The notes under the pieces: model-generated
Database searches by the model: none
The model's input: only the letters and a program-made list of their open reading frames with translations
Told to the model about the DNA's origin: nothing
Shown: piece by piece, positions 10,223-20,016 of the stretch
How the letters are laid out: every line of letters begins with the position of its first letter
How positions within the stretch are numbered: the stretch's first letter is position 1
Source of the DNA: a bacterium
GTDB lineage: Bacteria > SM23-31
DNA length: 64,000 nucleotides
Assembly (NCBI GenBank): GCA_965249485.1
Contig: OZ252239.1
Coordinates: 1,664,001 to 1,728,000, forward strand
Direction: 5' to 3'
Position numbers and translations under genes: made by a program

Positions 10223-13200
10223 TAAATTGGATGGTAATTCCATCTCACTTTTTTATCTTTTTCAACCGGTTTTTTGACCGGTTTTCTTTTCTCACCTATT
10301 ATTTCCACTTCCATGACATTGAGTGTCACAGCGGAAAAATCTTCGTCAACATACCCTTTTAAAATATATGGTTTGGTTTTCGTAATCATGTGGCAAAATT
10401 TTTGACACGTTTTGGGAAAGAAGGTCGTTTCATAAATTGCAGTCGTATCCTCAAATGAAAGGAACTGCATCGGCTCCTGATTTTTCGTAGAGGTTAATTT
10501 GCTTGTAACATACCATCCGATTACGGCAACATATTTTCCGACGTATTTATGCAAATATTTTGCCTGAATGTAGTTCATGTTTGCAAGCTGCTTTGTATAC
10601 AGCGTCAACGGATGCCTGCTCACCAGAAAACCAAGTGTCTCAACCTCATGCCTCAACACTGTCATTTCATTGTATTCAGTGGTAACAGGAATCTCAAAAC
10701 TGTCTTCGTAGATAGTCAACTGTTCCTCTTTCTTCTTGCTCAACAATATAGTCCACATTAATTCCGGTCGTGTTTTCCCGGATATAGAATCAAAGCATCC
10801 CGATTTTATCAATACGATGACATCTGACTGGTCTATCGTCATTCGTGCCAGAAAGTTCTCCAGTGAAGTAAATTTTCCCTGTTTCCTTTCATGTACTAGT
10901 GCATCTACCGCTTTCCCCTGTAAATCCATTATCTGCATAAAACCAATTCTGATTTTATCATTGATACCCGTATATTGTTTTTCACTTTCATTGATATCGG
11001 GACCTAAAACCTTTAACCCAAGCCGCTTCGCCTCGCTCAGGTATGCAAATGTCGAATAGAATCCGCCCATGTTGGATATTACTGAGGCGAAAAACTCCGC
11101 CGGATAATGCGATCGTACATACGCCGCTTTAAAACTTACTAACGCGTAGCTGGCAGAGTGAGGTTTGCAAAATGAATATCCCTCAAAACTTAACATCATT
11201 GCCCATATTTTCTCTATCACATCATCTTTGACATCATTGGCTCTGCAGCCATGGACAAATTTTTCAAAGAAATCCTTTAATTTCCTTTTCTTGTGTTTTT
11301 TCGTCATTACTTTTCTTAATTCATCCCCATCATCCGGAGTGAAATTTGCCAACGCAACAGCCACCCTGGAAACATCTTCCTGATAAACCATTATCCCAAA
11401 CGTTTCCTCTAACACCTTTTCAAGTATAGGGTGGATGGGTTTCCATGTTCCTCCGTATAATCTCCTGACATATTCCCGTGCCATGTCATTAGCCGCAGGT
11501 CTGATAATCGAGGATACAACAACAAGATTCTCAAAGTCCCCGCTTTTGCATTTCTGCAGCAGCAATCGTGTGGCAGGGCTTTCCACATAAAAACAACCGA
11601 ACGTCAATCCCCGTTTTATTGCCTGCTGTGTTCGCAAATCTTCTATTGCATTGAGATATTTGTAATTAATTGCAACATTATAATTCAGTTTTATCGCTTG
11701 TAAGGCATCTCTGATAACAGCAAGACTCCTGTTACCAAGTATATCAATTTTTACCAGTCCGGCCATTTCCGTCTGGTCTTTCTCCCATTGGATAACAGGG
11801 ACACCTTTCGTAGCTTTTTCAATCACAGCATGATTTTCCAGTTTTCTATCCGTTATTATTACTCCACCGCAATGAACGCTCATGTGCCGCGGTACACCCG
11901 CCACTTTCATCGAGACGTTTAAGATTTCCAACCATGTTTCATCGGGCTCAACATCTTGAAACATCGGATGGGTTTTTATCACCTGCCCAACGTCCTGAAT
12001 TCCCCACAGATATTTTAGTCTTGAAGAGAAAAAATCAATTTCGGTTTTTGGCATGCCGTATACTTTGGAAACCTCTCGAAAGGCTGCCCTCGGTTTTAAA
12101 TGAACATGATTGGAGACCATAGCAGACCTGTCTTTGTACTTTTCAAAAATATAGTCGAGTATATCATCCCGTTCATCCCAGGCGAAGTCCACGTCAATAT
12201 CCGGCAGGTCTTTTCTTCCCCTGTTGATGAACCGCTCGAAAAACAGGTTGTGCTTGATAGGATCGACATGGGTAATAAAAAGGCAGTAACTGACAATCGA
12301 GGCAGCACCGCTTCCTCTTCCGCACGTCAATTTACTCTCTTTCACAATGTCCTGGACTAAGAGGAAATATTGGGAGTAGCCCATGTCTTTTATAATATCA
12401 AGTTCATAGTCTAACCTGTCCTGAATCTCTTTTGTAATATGCTTGTACCGTAATGATAATCCCTGTTCGCACTTCTCCTTTAAAATATTGAGAGCCTCGT
12501 AATTTTTAAAAATATTCGGAAAGATTATTTCGGAGAAATCCCAGTCAGTTTTGCATTTACCGGCTATTGTGACGGTATTTTCAACAGCTTCCGGAACATG
12601 AGAGAACCTTTCCATCATTTCTTTTGAGCCGCGTAACATATTTTCCGGACTGGCTAATTCACTATCCGGAACTCTATCTATGGTTGTATTCAAATGAATA
12701 GCTCTTAAATGCTTATGTATAACGAAATCCTCCTTGTCCAGGAAAATCGCCGGAGAAGTGGCAACCATTTCAAGATTGTTTTTATGCGCTATCTTTTGTA
12801 ATGTATGGTGATCTCTATACCCTTGAAGCTCAACATATAAATCAGGACAGGTTTTTAACCCGGATAACAGATTCTTGTTATCCGTCAGTATTATTAAATC
12901 CTTGCTATGCTCTTTCAAATACTCTTTTAATCTGAAATTCTCATCGTTGTATTTTTTTGTCAGGCATTTACAGATTTCTCTGTATCCCTTTTCATTTTTT
13001 GCAAGTAAGAGAGCCCTCTCATTTTCATGTATTATTTCAGTGCCAATAATGACCTTAATCTTATAATGTCTGGCATCATCCAGGAAGAAATGCAATCCGT
13101 ACAATCCGTTTGTGTCTGTTAAAGCTATCGTGTCAATGCCAAGCTCTTGCAGCCGTATACATATCTGCTCCGGTGATGCCGTACCATACATCATCGAGTA

Positions 13201-13242
13201 ATAAGATTTTACATTCAAATGCACAAATTTCATGTCAGGCAC
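10222..13242 (-). CDS. dnaE2: Error-prone DNA polymerase III alpha (DnaE2/ImuC type)
   Basis: PHP domain; GRGSGAAS, PDIDVDF, KIDILG, YSFCKPHSASYA; OB fold; overlaps the imuB stop. Confidence 0.9.
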   Translation of the reverse strand: MPDMKFVHLNVKSYYSMMYGTASPEQICIRLQELGIDTIALTDTNGLYGLHFFLDDARHYKIKVIIGTEIIHENERALLLAKNEKGYREICKCLTKKYNDENFRLKEYLKEHSKDLIILTDNKNLLSGLKTCPDLYVELQGYRDHHTLQKIAHKNNLEMVATSPAIFLDKEDFVIHKHLRAIHLNTTIDRVPDSELASPENMLRGSKEMMERFSHVPEAVENTVTIAGKCKTDWDFSEIIFPNIFKNYEALNILKEKCEQGLSLRYKHITKEIQDRLDYELDIIKDMGYSQYFLLVQDIVKESKLTCGRGSGAASIVSYCLFITHVDPIKHNLFFERFINRGRKDLPDIDVDFAWDERDDILDYIFEKYKDRSAMVSNHVHLKPRAAFREVSKVYGMPKTEIDFFSSRLKYLWGIQDVGQVIKTHPMFQDVEPDETWLEILNVSMKVAGVPRHMSVHCGGVIITDRKLENHAVIEKATKGVPVIQWEKDQTEMAGLVKIDILGNRSLAVIRDALQAIKLNYNVAINYKYLNAIEDLRTQQAIKRGLTFGCFYVESPATRLLLQKCKSGDFENLVVVSSIIRPAANDMAREYVRRLYGGTWKPIHPILEKVLEETFGIMVYQEDVSRVAVALANFTPDDGDELRKVMTKKHKKRKLKDFFEKFVHGCRANDVKDDVIEKIWAMMLSFEGYSFCKPHSASYALVSFKAAYVRSHYPAEFFASVISNMGGFYSTFAYLSEAKRLGLKVLGPDINESEKQYTGINDKIRIGFMQIMDLQGKAVDALVHERKQGKFTSLENFLARMTIDQSDVIVLIKSGCFDSISGKTRPELMWTILLSKKKEEQLTIYEDSFEIPVTTEYNEMTVLRHEVETLGFLVSRHPLTLYTKQLANMNYIQAKYLHKYVGKYVAVIGWYVTSKLTSTKNQEPMQFLSFEDTTAIYETTFFPKTCQKFCHMITKTKPYILKGYVDEDFSAVTLNVMEVEIIGEKRKPVKKPVEKDKKVRWNYHPI

Positions 13243-14374
13243 ACCTTATTATTTGATTTCCAAATCTTTCTCGTATATCATCTATGCAATATGACAATGC
13301 TTCTCTTTTCTCTCTGCCAGCCAGCTTGAAAACATTCATCTGATGATTGACTTTCACTATATTCGAAGCCGTTATTTTAAGCCAACTGATTCTTGTTCTT
13401 TTCTCCAGTTTTTTAAAAATGTTGAAAAGTTTTTCAAAGATAGAAATATTGTCCACTGCCAGGTTCACCCGTGTCCGTACTTCTTTTTTAACACCATCTG
13501 AATAATGAATAGTTAACGTTAATTCCCTGGCGCCATAGCAGTTGTTTCGTAATCGTTCTCCAACTTTTTCAGTGATCTCCTTAAGAAAATGAGCAACTTC
13601 GTCTAAACGATTCGTGTCCTCCGGCAACGTCATATCTTCTGAAACTTGTAACGTGGCTTCTTTTGGAATTACAGGCGTGTTGTCAATGCCTTGTGCCTGA
13701 TCATATAAAAGGAGTCCATGCTTCCCAAATACTCTTGTTAGGTTTGCCAGTGGTATCGTGGTTATCTGGCCAATGACATTTATATTCAATAACGCTATCA
13801 ACTGCTGCCCGATATCTTGATTAACCGGAAGGTGGTTCACTTTAATCGGGGCAAGAAATCCGGCTTCAGTTCCGCGAGGAATATACAGTATCTCTTTCGC
13901 ATCGATTACATGAGCGGCAATCCTTGCAACAAGCTTGTTTGCAGCAAGACCTAATGCGCCCTTTAGTGACAATTCCCGCTTAATTTCTTTTTGGATTCTC
14001 GCTATTAGATCTTCACCATTCCCGAATAATCTCTTTGTGCCTGAAATATCTAAATAAAGGTGTCCGGGGCTTGACAGTTCTATTGCCGGAGAATAGTTCG
14101 AAGCGAGTTTTGTTATCGATGTTAAAGCTGCCTGGTAGAGTTGAGGCTCCGGCTGTAAAATGCTAAGAGTTCGGCAATATCGCAGAGCCTGTGATAAATA
14201 CATTCCGGTCTTAACACCTTCTTTCCTTGCCTCAATTGATGAACACGTAATAACTGCCCGTGAAGAATTACCGGAAGCAACGATTACGGGCTTTTCCCGT
14301 AATCCGGAATCAACAACCCGTGCTGTTTCGATGGGAAAATCTGGGATGTTAATGTGTGCTATATCTCTTGTCAT
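13235..14374 (-). CDS. imuB: Y-family polymerase homologue, ImuB-like (catalytic motifs degenerate)
   Basis: HINIPDF in place of HvDmDaF; SSPGHLYLD in place of SiDEayLD; clamp-like QMNVF near the C-terminus. Confidence 0.8.
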   Translation of the reverse strand: MTRDIAHINIPDFPIETARVVDSGLREKPVIVASGNSSRAVITCSSIEARKEGVKTGMYLSQALRYCRTLSILQPEPQLYQAALTSITKLASNYSPAIELSSPGHLYLDISGTKRLFGNGEDLIARIQKEIKRELSLKGALGLAANKLVARIAAHVIDAKEILYIPRGTEAGFLAPIKVNHLPVNQDIGQQLIALLNINVIGQITTIPLANLTRVFGKHGLLLYDQAQGIDNTPVIPKEATLQVSEDMTLPEDTNRLDEVAHFLKEITEKVGERLRNNCYGARELTLTIHYSDGVKKEVRTRVNLAVDNISIFEKLFNIFKKLEKRTRISWLKITASNIVKVNHQMNVFKLAGREKREALSYCIDDIRERFGNQIIRCA

Positions 14375-14380
14375 GGAATG

Positions 14381-14409
14381 AAAATAGTGAACATTAGTTC
14401 ACTATGCAA
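14381..14409 (-). promoter_or_regulatory. Sigma70-type promoter with a LexA-type SOS box
   Basis: TTGCAT-17-TATTTT; perfect palindrome ATAGTGAAC-ATTA-GTTCACTAT (14384-14405); ATG 6 nt after the -10. Confidence 0.8.
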
Positions 14410-14516
14410 GAAGTTTTTTCAGAGATGTGTAAAATGATTATATGAAACGGTTGTGTGACGTGTTTACAACCTGAACATGGGGTGGGAGATAAAGCCCCGG
14501 AACACCAGTTGTCCAT

Positions 14517-15281
14517 CTATGATTTTACACAGACGAAAACAGGGAATGGACTTTTCTTAGAGTATTTCTTTCCTGAAAAATTACCGCTGTATAGGTACGT
14601 TTTCAATCCAAATTCAGATAAAATAGATTTAATCTTACTTAATTCGAAGCAACCCATATCGAGTTTGTCTATTTTGACTTCGATGTCTTCTCCTTTTCTG
14701 GCAATTAAGAATACTAAACACATCTCAAAAACAGTGTCGGTTGGATCTTTGTCATAATCTAATTGTGAAAATACAACGTATGTATTGTCTTTATAGTGCT
14801 CTTCAGAACCGATATTTCCATAACCGTTTTTGAAGTTCTCTTTCAATTTATCCAGATGAAATATGAGAACACCATCATCTTTTACGTGTGAGACCAAGCA
14901 CTTGATTGTTGATTTCAAATTTTTACAACTTAGGTTATGATTCATTGAATCAAAGCTCATTACGATGTCGAATTTTTTATTAAGCTTAAAATTTTTCATG
15001 TCTCCTTGTTTATACGATATCTCAGGATTTTTCTTCTTTGCCAGTTTCATGATATCCTTGTTATAATCGATTCCGGTTATTGTATAATTCTTTTTTAAGA
15101 ATTTGTCATGCCAACCGTGACCTGATGCAACATTGAGTAGATCATTGCCTGATGACTTCTTGTATTGGTTCACTATCTGCACTATAAAATCTGCCTCCTT
15201 TTTATGCTCTTCTCCCGTAGTTATAAACTCATAACACCAGACTAAATCTGTATAGAGGCGCCCATTTTTGTATTTCATCAC
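14517..15281 (-). CDS. Class I SAM-dependent methyltransferase
   Basis: LLNVASGHG, GID, QGDMKNFKLNKKFDIV, DGVLIF. Confidence 0.85.
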   Translation of the reverse strand: MMKYKNGRLYTDLVWCYEFITTGEEHKKEADFIVQIVNQYKKSSGNDLLNVASGHGWHDKFLKKNYTITGIDYNKDIMKLAKKKNPEISYKQGDMKNFKLNKKFDIVMSFDSMNHNLSCKNLKSTIKCLVSHVKDDGVLIFHLDKLKENFKNGYGNIGSEEHYKDNTYVVFSQLDYDKDPTDTVFEMCLVFLIARKGEDIEVKIDKLDMGCFELSKIKSILSEFGLKTYLYSGNFSGKKYSKKSPFPVFVCVKS

Positions 15282-15494
15282 TGTACCTTAGTTATACCTG
15301 CTGTCTAATTTTTGTAGTACATGCATTCTGTCCCGCTTTTACGTCAGTGTGGAAGTTCAACATGGAAAAACTCATTCCCCACAACGTCAATATTTTAATA
15401 ATACTATTGCAGTAAAGTTTCAAAGATTTACTTAAAAAATACCGTTCACAACGACAAATTAAAAGTAAAAAAGTATCTGTTCAGCATCTTGAAG

Positions 15495-15614
15495 AAAAAA
15501 AGGGCAGCGCAAACATCCACTTTTGCACTGCCCTAAAGAAGGGAATTATAATGAAACTACATTACGTCTGCCCCTTGTTTAATTTGAAGCCAAACAAGGA
15601 AAAGCTCTTTCCGT
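15495..15614 (-). ncRNA. Putative ~120-nt small RNA, copy 2
   Basis: TTGCGG-17-TATAAC (15648-15620); same 71-bp core; terminator stem followed by T7. Confidence 0.65.
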
Positions 15615-15675
15615 AATCTGTTATATTTTGTATACGATACTGCCGCAAAAAAAGTTTCAAAGATTATTGCAAAAA

Positions 15676-16179
15676 TTATCTCTTTGCGTGAAACAGGTCT
15701 TTGATCGGGGCTAATCCCAGGGCGGTTATTGCCGAACCGATATGACCGACATGATAACTATCGTGCCATGTATAAAATGTTAATGACCCTCTCACCGTTT
15801 TTTCCATCATCGGCATCGCATTGTCTACCTCGTTCCCCGCGTCATCTTCACTCATTTTTTCTAACCTGCCAATGAGCTTATCGGTAATAGTAGCGAAATC
15901 TTCCCTAATCTCCGCTATATCCGGGTAATTCTCCCCGTCAGTACATGGATTGCCCAAACCAAATAGTTCTGACCAGTTGAATGTGTCATCCAGCCCCGCA
16001 ATTTTTGCCATAGTATACCGGCTGTCTATTATATGTCCTATTTCAAAGATAAATGAGTTGGGCCTTCCGCCAATAACACGTTTTAATGCTGTTTCATTAT
16101 CGATACTTTCAAAACTAAGATTAATATTTGCACTATTGAACTTCAAAATATCGATTAACGGTTTCAATGTTGCTGACAT
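15676..16179 (-). CDS. DinB/YfiT-like four-helix protein
   Basis: NSFIFEIGHI and WHDSYHVGHI metal motifs. Confidence 0.8.
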   Translation of the reverse strand: MSATLKPLIDILKFNSANINLSFESIDNETALKRVIGGRPNSFIFEIGHIIDSRYTMAKIAGLDDTFNWSELFGLGNPCTDGENYPDIAEIREDFATITDKLIGRLEKMSEDDAGNEVDNAMPMMEKTVRGSLTFYTWHDSYHVGHIGSAITALGLAPIKDLFHAKR

Positions 16180-16205
16180 GTTTTTCTCCTTTGTACGTTT
16201 AATTT

Positions 16206-16652
16206 TTAATTTGATGATCCAATATTGTGGATTATTTCATCCCACCCCTTAAAATTCCTGTCCCTGAGTTCTTCAGATGGAAAATTATCATGTGTCATAA
16301 TCATTTCGGTTTTGTCGTTTCCCGATTCTTTGAGAATAATGGTAACAACGGTATTGGCATCCTGCAGCCACGGCGCATTCCAGGTAAAGACAAGTCTGTC
16401 CGGTCGTTCAATTTCAATGTATTCACCGGTGATGGGGAAGGTGTCCGTCTTTGTACGTATGGTATACCTGAAATAGCCGCCCTTTTTCAAATCGACAACA
16501 ACATCCTCGACTCACTTAGTATCCTTGTTTCTCATCCATTGTGCCATTATCGCAGGATCTGTCCATGCTGCAAAGACGTCCTCTTTTGTACCCCGTATTA
16601 TTTTCCTGAATTCAAGCTTGTGCAGCTTTTTAGTTTTTTCAGCAGTGTTCAT
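16206..16652 (-). pseudogene. SRPBCC/AHSA1 domain protein with in-frame TGA at 16512-16514
   Basis: ATG overlaps the ArsR stop; EDVFAAWTDPAIMAQW...DTK*VEDVVVDLKKGG...RLVFTW. Confidence 0.8.
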
Positions 16653-17017
16653 TTTTTTCTCTTCTTTTTAGTTTTAGATTGCTCTTTAAAATAGTTCTCA
16701 AGACCGTCTAATTCCATTTTCCAGAAAACTTCATAGTTAGTTAACCAGTCCATGGCTTCTTTAATAGCTTTACCCCTGATCGAACATATCCTGAAGTTCC
16801 CCTCTTTTTTCTGGGATAAGAGGCCTGCCCATTCCAATACCTTAAGATGCTTTGAAACAGCAGGTAATGAAATATCAAATGGTTTGGCAATTTCATTTAC
16901 CGAAAGCGGACCGGTAGAGAGTAGTGTTATTATGTTGCGCCTGATGGGATCACCCAAGGCAGAGAAAATGTTATCGAGTTTTTTATCAATTACCACGTCC
17001 ATAACGGCCTCAGTCAT
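16649..17017 (-). CDS. ArsR/SmtB family regulator
   Basis: FSALGDPIRR, ISLPAVSKHLKVLE. Confidence 0.92.
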   Translation of the reverse strand: MTEAVMDVVIDKKLDNIFSALGDPIRRNIITLLSTGPLSVNEIAKPFDISLPAVSKHLKVLEWAGLLSQKKEGNFRICSIRGKAIKEAMDWLTNYEVFWKMELDGLENYFKEQSKTKKKRKK

Positions 17018-17022
17018 TTAAC

Positions 17023-17059
17023 TATTTAACAAAATAGTTAAATAGATTGTCTATGTCAA
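17023..17059 (-). promoter_or_regulatory. Promoter and likely ArsR operator
   Basis: TTGACA-17-TATTTT; palindrome TATTTAAC-N6-GTTAAATA (17023-17044). Confidence 0.75.
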
Positions 17060-17267
17060 TACTTTTTTTTAGTATTTCATTGAGGTTTTCTAATCAGGGC
17101 TGCGTTTGATGATTTTATGAAGCGGATTGAGATAAATCACGTCTATTTGCTAATCCATAGTGTTTGTTCCAGTAAATATTTTGAGTCTTTTTGGATGGTA
17201 CAACGTCTCTCTCTATGAATGCCAAAAACATGGCATCACATAACACTAAATCATAAGGAGATATAGT

Positions 17268-17897
17268 ATGATTACTAAAACTCAGCATGCGTCTAATTCC
17301 GCACCATCATCAAGAACTGCGGTAGACATAGAGTTGTTGGCTCTTGATTTTAGCACCTGTACCCGTTGTGTAGGTACACTTGCAAACATAGAAAAAGCCA
17401 TCGACAAGGTACGGGAAGTACTTGACGTGACAGCACGCGACATGCGTATACATAAAATTCTGATTGAGTCGGAAGAACAAGCCCGACAGCACAATTTTGT
17501 TACATCCCCTACAATTCGGATAAACGGACGTGACATTGTATTCGATACATTGGAGAGCCAGTGCGACTCCTGCACGGACCTGTGTGGATGTGATGAGGGA
17601 ACAAACTGCCGTGTCTGGCGTTATCAAGGTCAGGAATACACCGAAGCCCCGGTAGGACTTATTGTCGAAGCGCTATTGCGTGAGATCAGCATAGGTGCAC
17701 CTGAAGTCGCTCCCGATTCAGCACACTACACTGGAGTTCCCAGGAACCTGCAGAACTTTTTCAAGAGCAAATCCACAAAGGATTCTGTGAATGATACGTC
17801 ATGTTGTTCACCTGAGGAGCAGGATACGTGCTGCGAACAATCAGAAAAAGAGACGTGCTGCGGGACAGAAATCAACGAATCATGCGGTTGTCAGTAA
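17268..17897 (+). CDS. DUF2703-like thioredoxin-fold protein with Cys-rich tail
   Basis: TCTRCVGT, SPTIRINGRDI, CRVWRYQG; CC repeats at the C-terminus. Confidence 0.75.
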   Translation: MITKTQHASNSAPSSRTAVDIELLALDFSTCTRCVGTLANIEKAIDKVREVLDVTARDMRIHKILIESEEQARQHNFVTSPTIRINGRDIVFDTLESQCDSCTDLCGCDEGTNCRVWRYQGQEYTEAPVGLIVEALLREISIGAPEVAPDSAHYTGVPRNLQNFFKSKSTKDSVNDTSCCSPEEQDTCCEQSEKETCCGTEINESCGCQ

Positions 17898-17991
17898 ACA
17901 GAGGAGAATGTTTGACCATAGTTTTACCATGTCACGTGAGGCATTGCATCCCATCTTACAGGAAAAAGTCAAACGAACACACTTAAGAGAT

Positions 17992-18563
17992 ATGAATAAA
18001 CGTAGAGAACCTGAATTGCAACATAAGCCTCAGAGCTGGATGATGTATCGAAAAAGACTGTATCACTTTGTGCTGAGTCGCGTTGATAATGCATCAATTG
18101 CTGAGGATATCGTCCATGATGCGCTTCTCAAAGCGTATAAACATCGCAACACACTTAAGGATACTAATAAATATCTTCAATGGTTGTACCAGATTACCCG
18201 TAATTCTATTGTTGACTATTATCGTACACACAAACAGATGGATGAATTGTCCAATCAAACTCCAAATTTAGAGGCACATATAAACAGCGATGTCGAAAGG
18301 GAAATTGCACAATGTCTTGTTCCATTGGCACAGCAATAACGCTATCTGAATTTGAAGGCCTGAGGCAGAAAGAAGTCGCCATGACACTTGGGCTTTCCGT
18401 GTCAGGAGCAAAGTCGCGTATTCAGCGGGGACGGAAAATGCTAAAGGAGTTACTACTGGAGTGCTGTCATTTTGAGCTAGATAGCCGAGGCAGGATCATG
18501 GACTATGAGGCGGATACAGATTGCCACGACTGCGGGACTGATAACGGATTAAAAACCTTCTAA
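17992..18563 (+). pseudogene. ECF sigma factor (SigZ-like), broken near 18337 by a deletion/frameshift
   Basis: AEDIVHD, WLYQITRNSIVDYYR; region 4 SVSGAKSRIQRGR...LECC is in another frame and the LP..YR segment is missing. Confidence 0.8.
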
Positions 18564-18827
18564 CCAATGCAATAAATATGTTACTGTGGAGTAGTCGATA
18601 AACTCCCTATTGAAGTCAAACTAAGGAATTAAATGGAACGTCAATGATACTGCACTTTTCGCGTCCTGGAATCTCTCATAATCATCATTAATAATATTAA
18701 TATAATCGGATTTTTCATTTGGATACGTCACGTGGTATTTAGATGGTTTTCATCAATCTGATAGTGAGCATACAGAGGAATTATACTATGCTCATAAACG
18801 ATTGCGATGTACTACATACTATGGACT

Positions 18828-19232
18828 TCACTCTTCTGAAGTCTCGGATTGCTCTTTCATTTTTTCTTTTTTCGACATATACGCATAAAACAGGAGCAAC
18901 ATAAGACCGGGAGATAATAAGAAGAAGCCAGCAATAGCCATCCCTGCTGCCTCGAAGGGATCAGGCATATAGTAATATGCTCCAAGAAACGCTATGCCGA
19001 TTCCAATCAGAAATAAACCAAGTGCCAGATAGCGTGGTAGATTTATGCGAGAAGTACGAGGCTTCCGCATCGATTCAAAATCTAGTTGAACATCGAACTG
19101 CCCTTTTTCAATTAAGGCCATTCGTTCCTTGTGCACAAGTTCATACCGAATAATGCGCGCTTTAATGATAAAATAGGCTACTACAGCACAACAGATAAAA
19201 AAAGTCATAAAACCTACCACTTCAGAATCCAT
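18828..19232 (-). CDS. DUF6249-like membrane protein
   Basis: HKERMALIEKG; three TM segments. Confidence 0.75.
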   Translation of the reverse strand: MDSEVVGFMTFFICCAVVAYFIIKARIIRYELVHKERMALIEKGQFDVQLDFESMRKPRTSRINLPRYLALGLFLIGIGIAFLGAYYYMPDPFEAAGMAIAGFFLLSPGLMLLLFYAYMSKKEKMKEQSETSEE

Positions 19233-19282
19233 TTGAATCTCTCCATATTTATGTATTATTGGATTTCCTTGCTTTCTATTTG

Positions 19283-19367
19283 TATAGAGTAACGAATTGA
19301 TGGGAAAGTTTCAATTTTAATATAAATTTAGTATTATGTAACAATATTTCCCATTGTCTACTCTATA
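19283..19367. promoter_or_regulatory. Divergent pair of ECF-type promoters
   Basis: TGAAAC-N17-ACTCTATA (minus, 19313-19283) and TGTAAC-N17-ACTCTATA (plus, 19337-19367). Confidence 0.7.
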
Positions 19368-19384
19368 AGTTATGGGAGACAATA

Positions 19385-19972
19385 TTGGCGCTGGAGAAAA
19401 AACGAGAGAAATTATTAATACTCAAGTCGCAGAATGGAGATATATCTGCGTTTACACAATTAGTGAGAGAATATGAGCGGCAGATTTTTACGTTTGTCGT
19501 TAGGAATATTCCCGTACGTGAAGATGCCGAAGATTTAACTCAGGAAATTTTTATTAAAGCTTATAAAGGACTAAAAACGTTTCGTGGCGATGCACTGTTT
19601 TCAACCTGGCTTTATACAATAGCAAAAAATACGTGCTATCACTATTCACAAAAGAAACGTTACCAAATGGTCTCGTTAGATTACGCAGAAGACAGAGCGG
19701 ATTCTGTTTCAATACTTTCATCCGAATCAGCTTCTGAAACGATAGAAGCAAAAGAAGATTTTCAGATACTTGTTATAGACTGTTTAAAACGTCTGCCACA
19801 TCAATATAATACTGTGGTGCAGTTGTATTATTATCAGCAGTTCCGGTACCAGGAAATATCTGAAATTCTCCAGATTCCGTTGTCAACTGTCAAAATACAT
19901 TTACACAGAGCTATAAAAATGCTGCGGGAAATGGTAATGAAAAAACTGGAGAGCAGTAGGGGGGAGGAATAA
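19385..19972 (+). CDS. ECF RNA polymerase sigma factor
   Basis: DAEDLTQEIF, FSTWLYTIA, YQEISEILQIPLSTVKIHLHRA. Confidence 0.92.
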   Translation: MALEKKREKLLILKSQNGDISAFTQLVREYERQIFTFVVRNIPVREDAEDLTQEIFIKAYKGLKTFRGDALFSTWLYTIAKNTCYHYSQKKRYQMVSLDYAEDRADSVSILSSESASETIEAKEDFQILVIDCLKRLPHQYNTVVQLYYYQQFRYQEISEILQIPLSTVKIHLHRAIKMLREMVMKKLESSRGEE

Positions 19973-20016
19973 TTACGCGTATACTGTGTGAAAATATACT
20001 GGAAATATACCATAAT

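Noticed and set aside
16490..16514. TGA in the SRPBCC gene as selenocysteine
   Set aside because: No CxxC context and no convincing downstream hairpin
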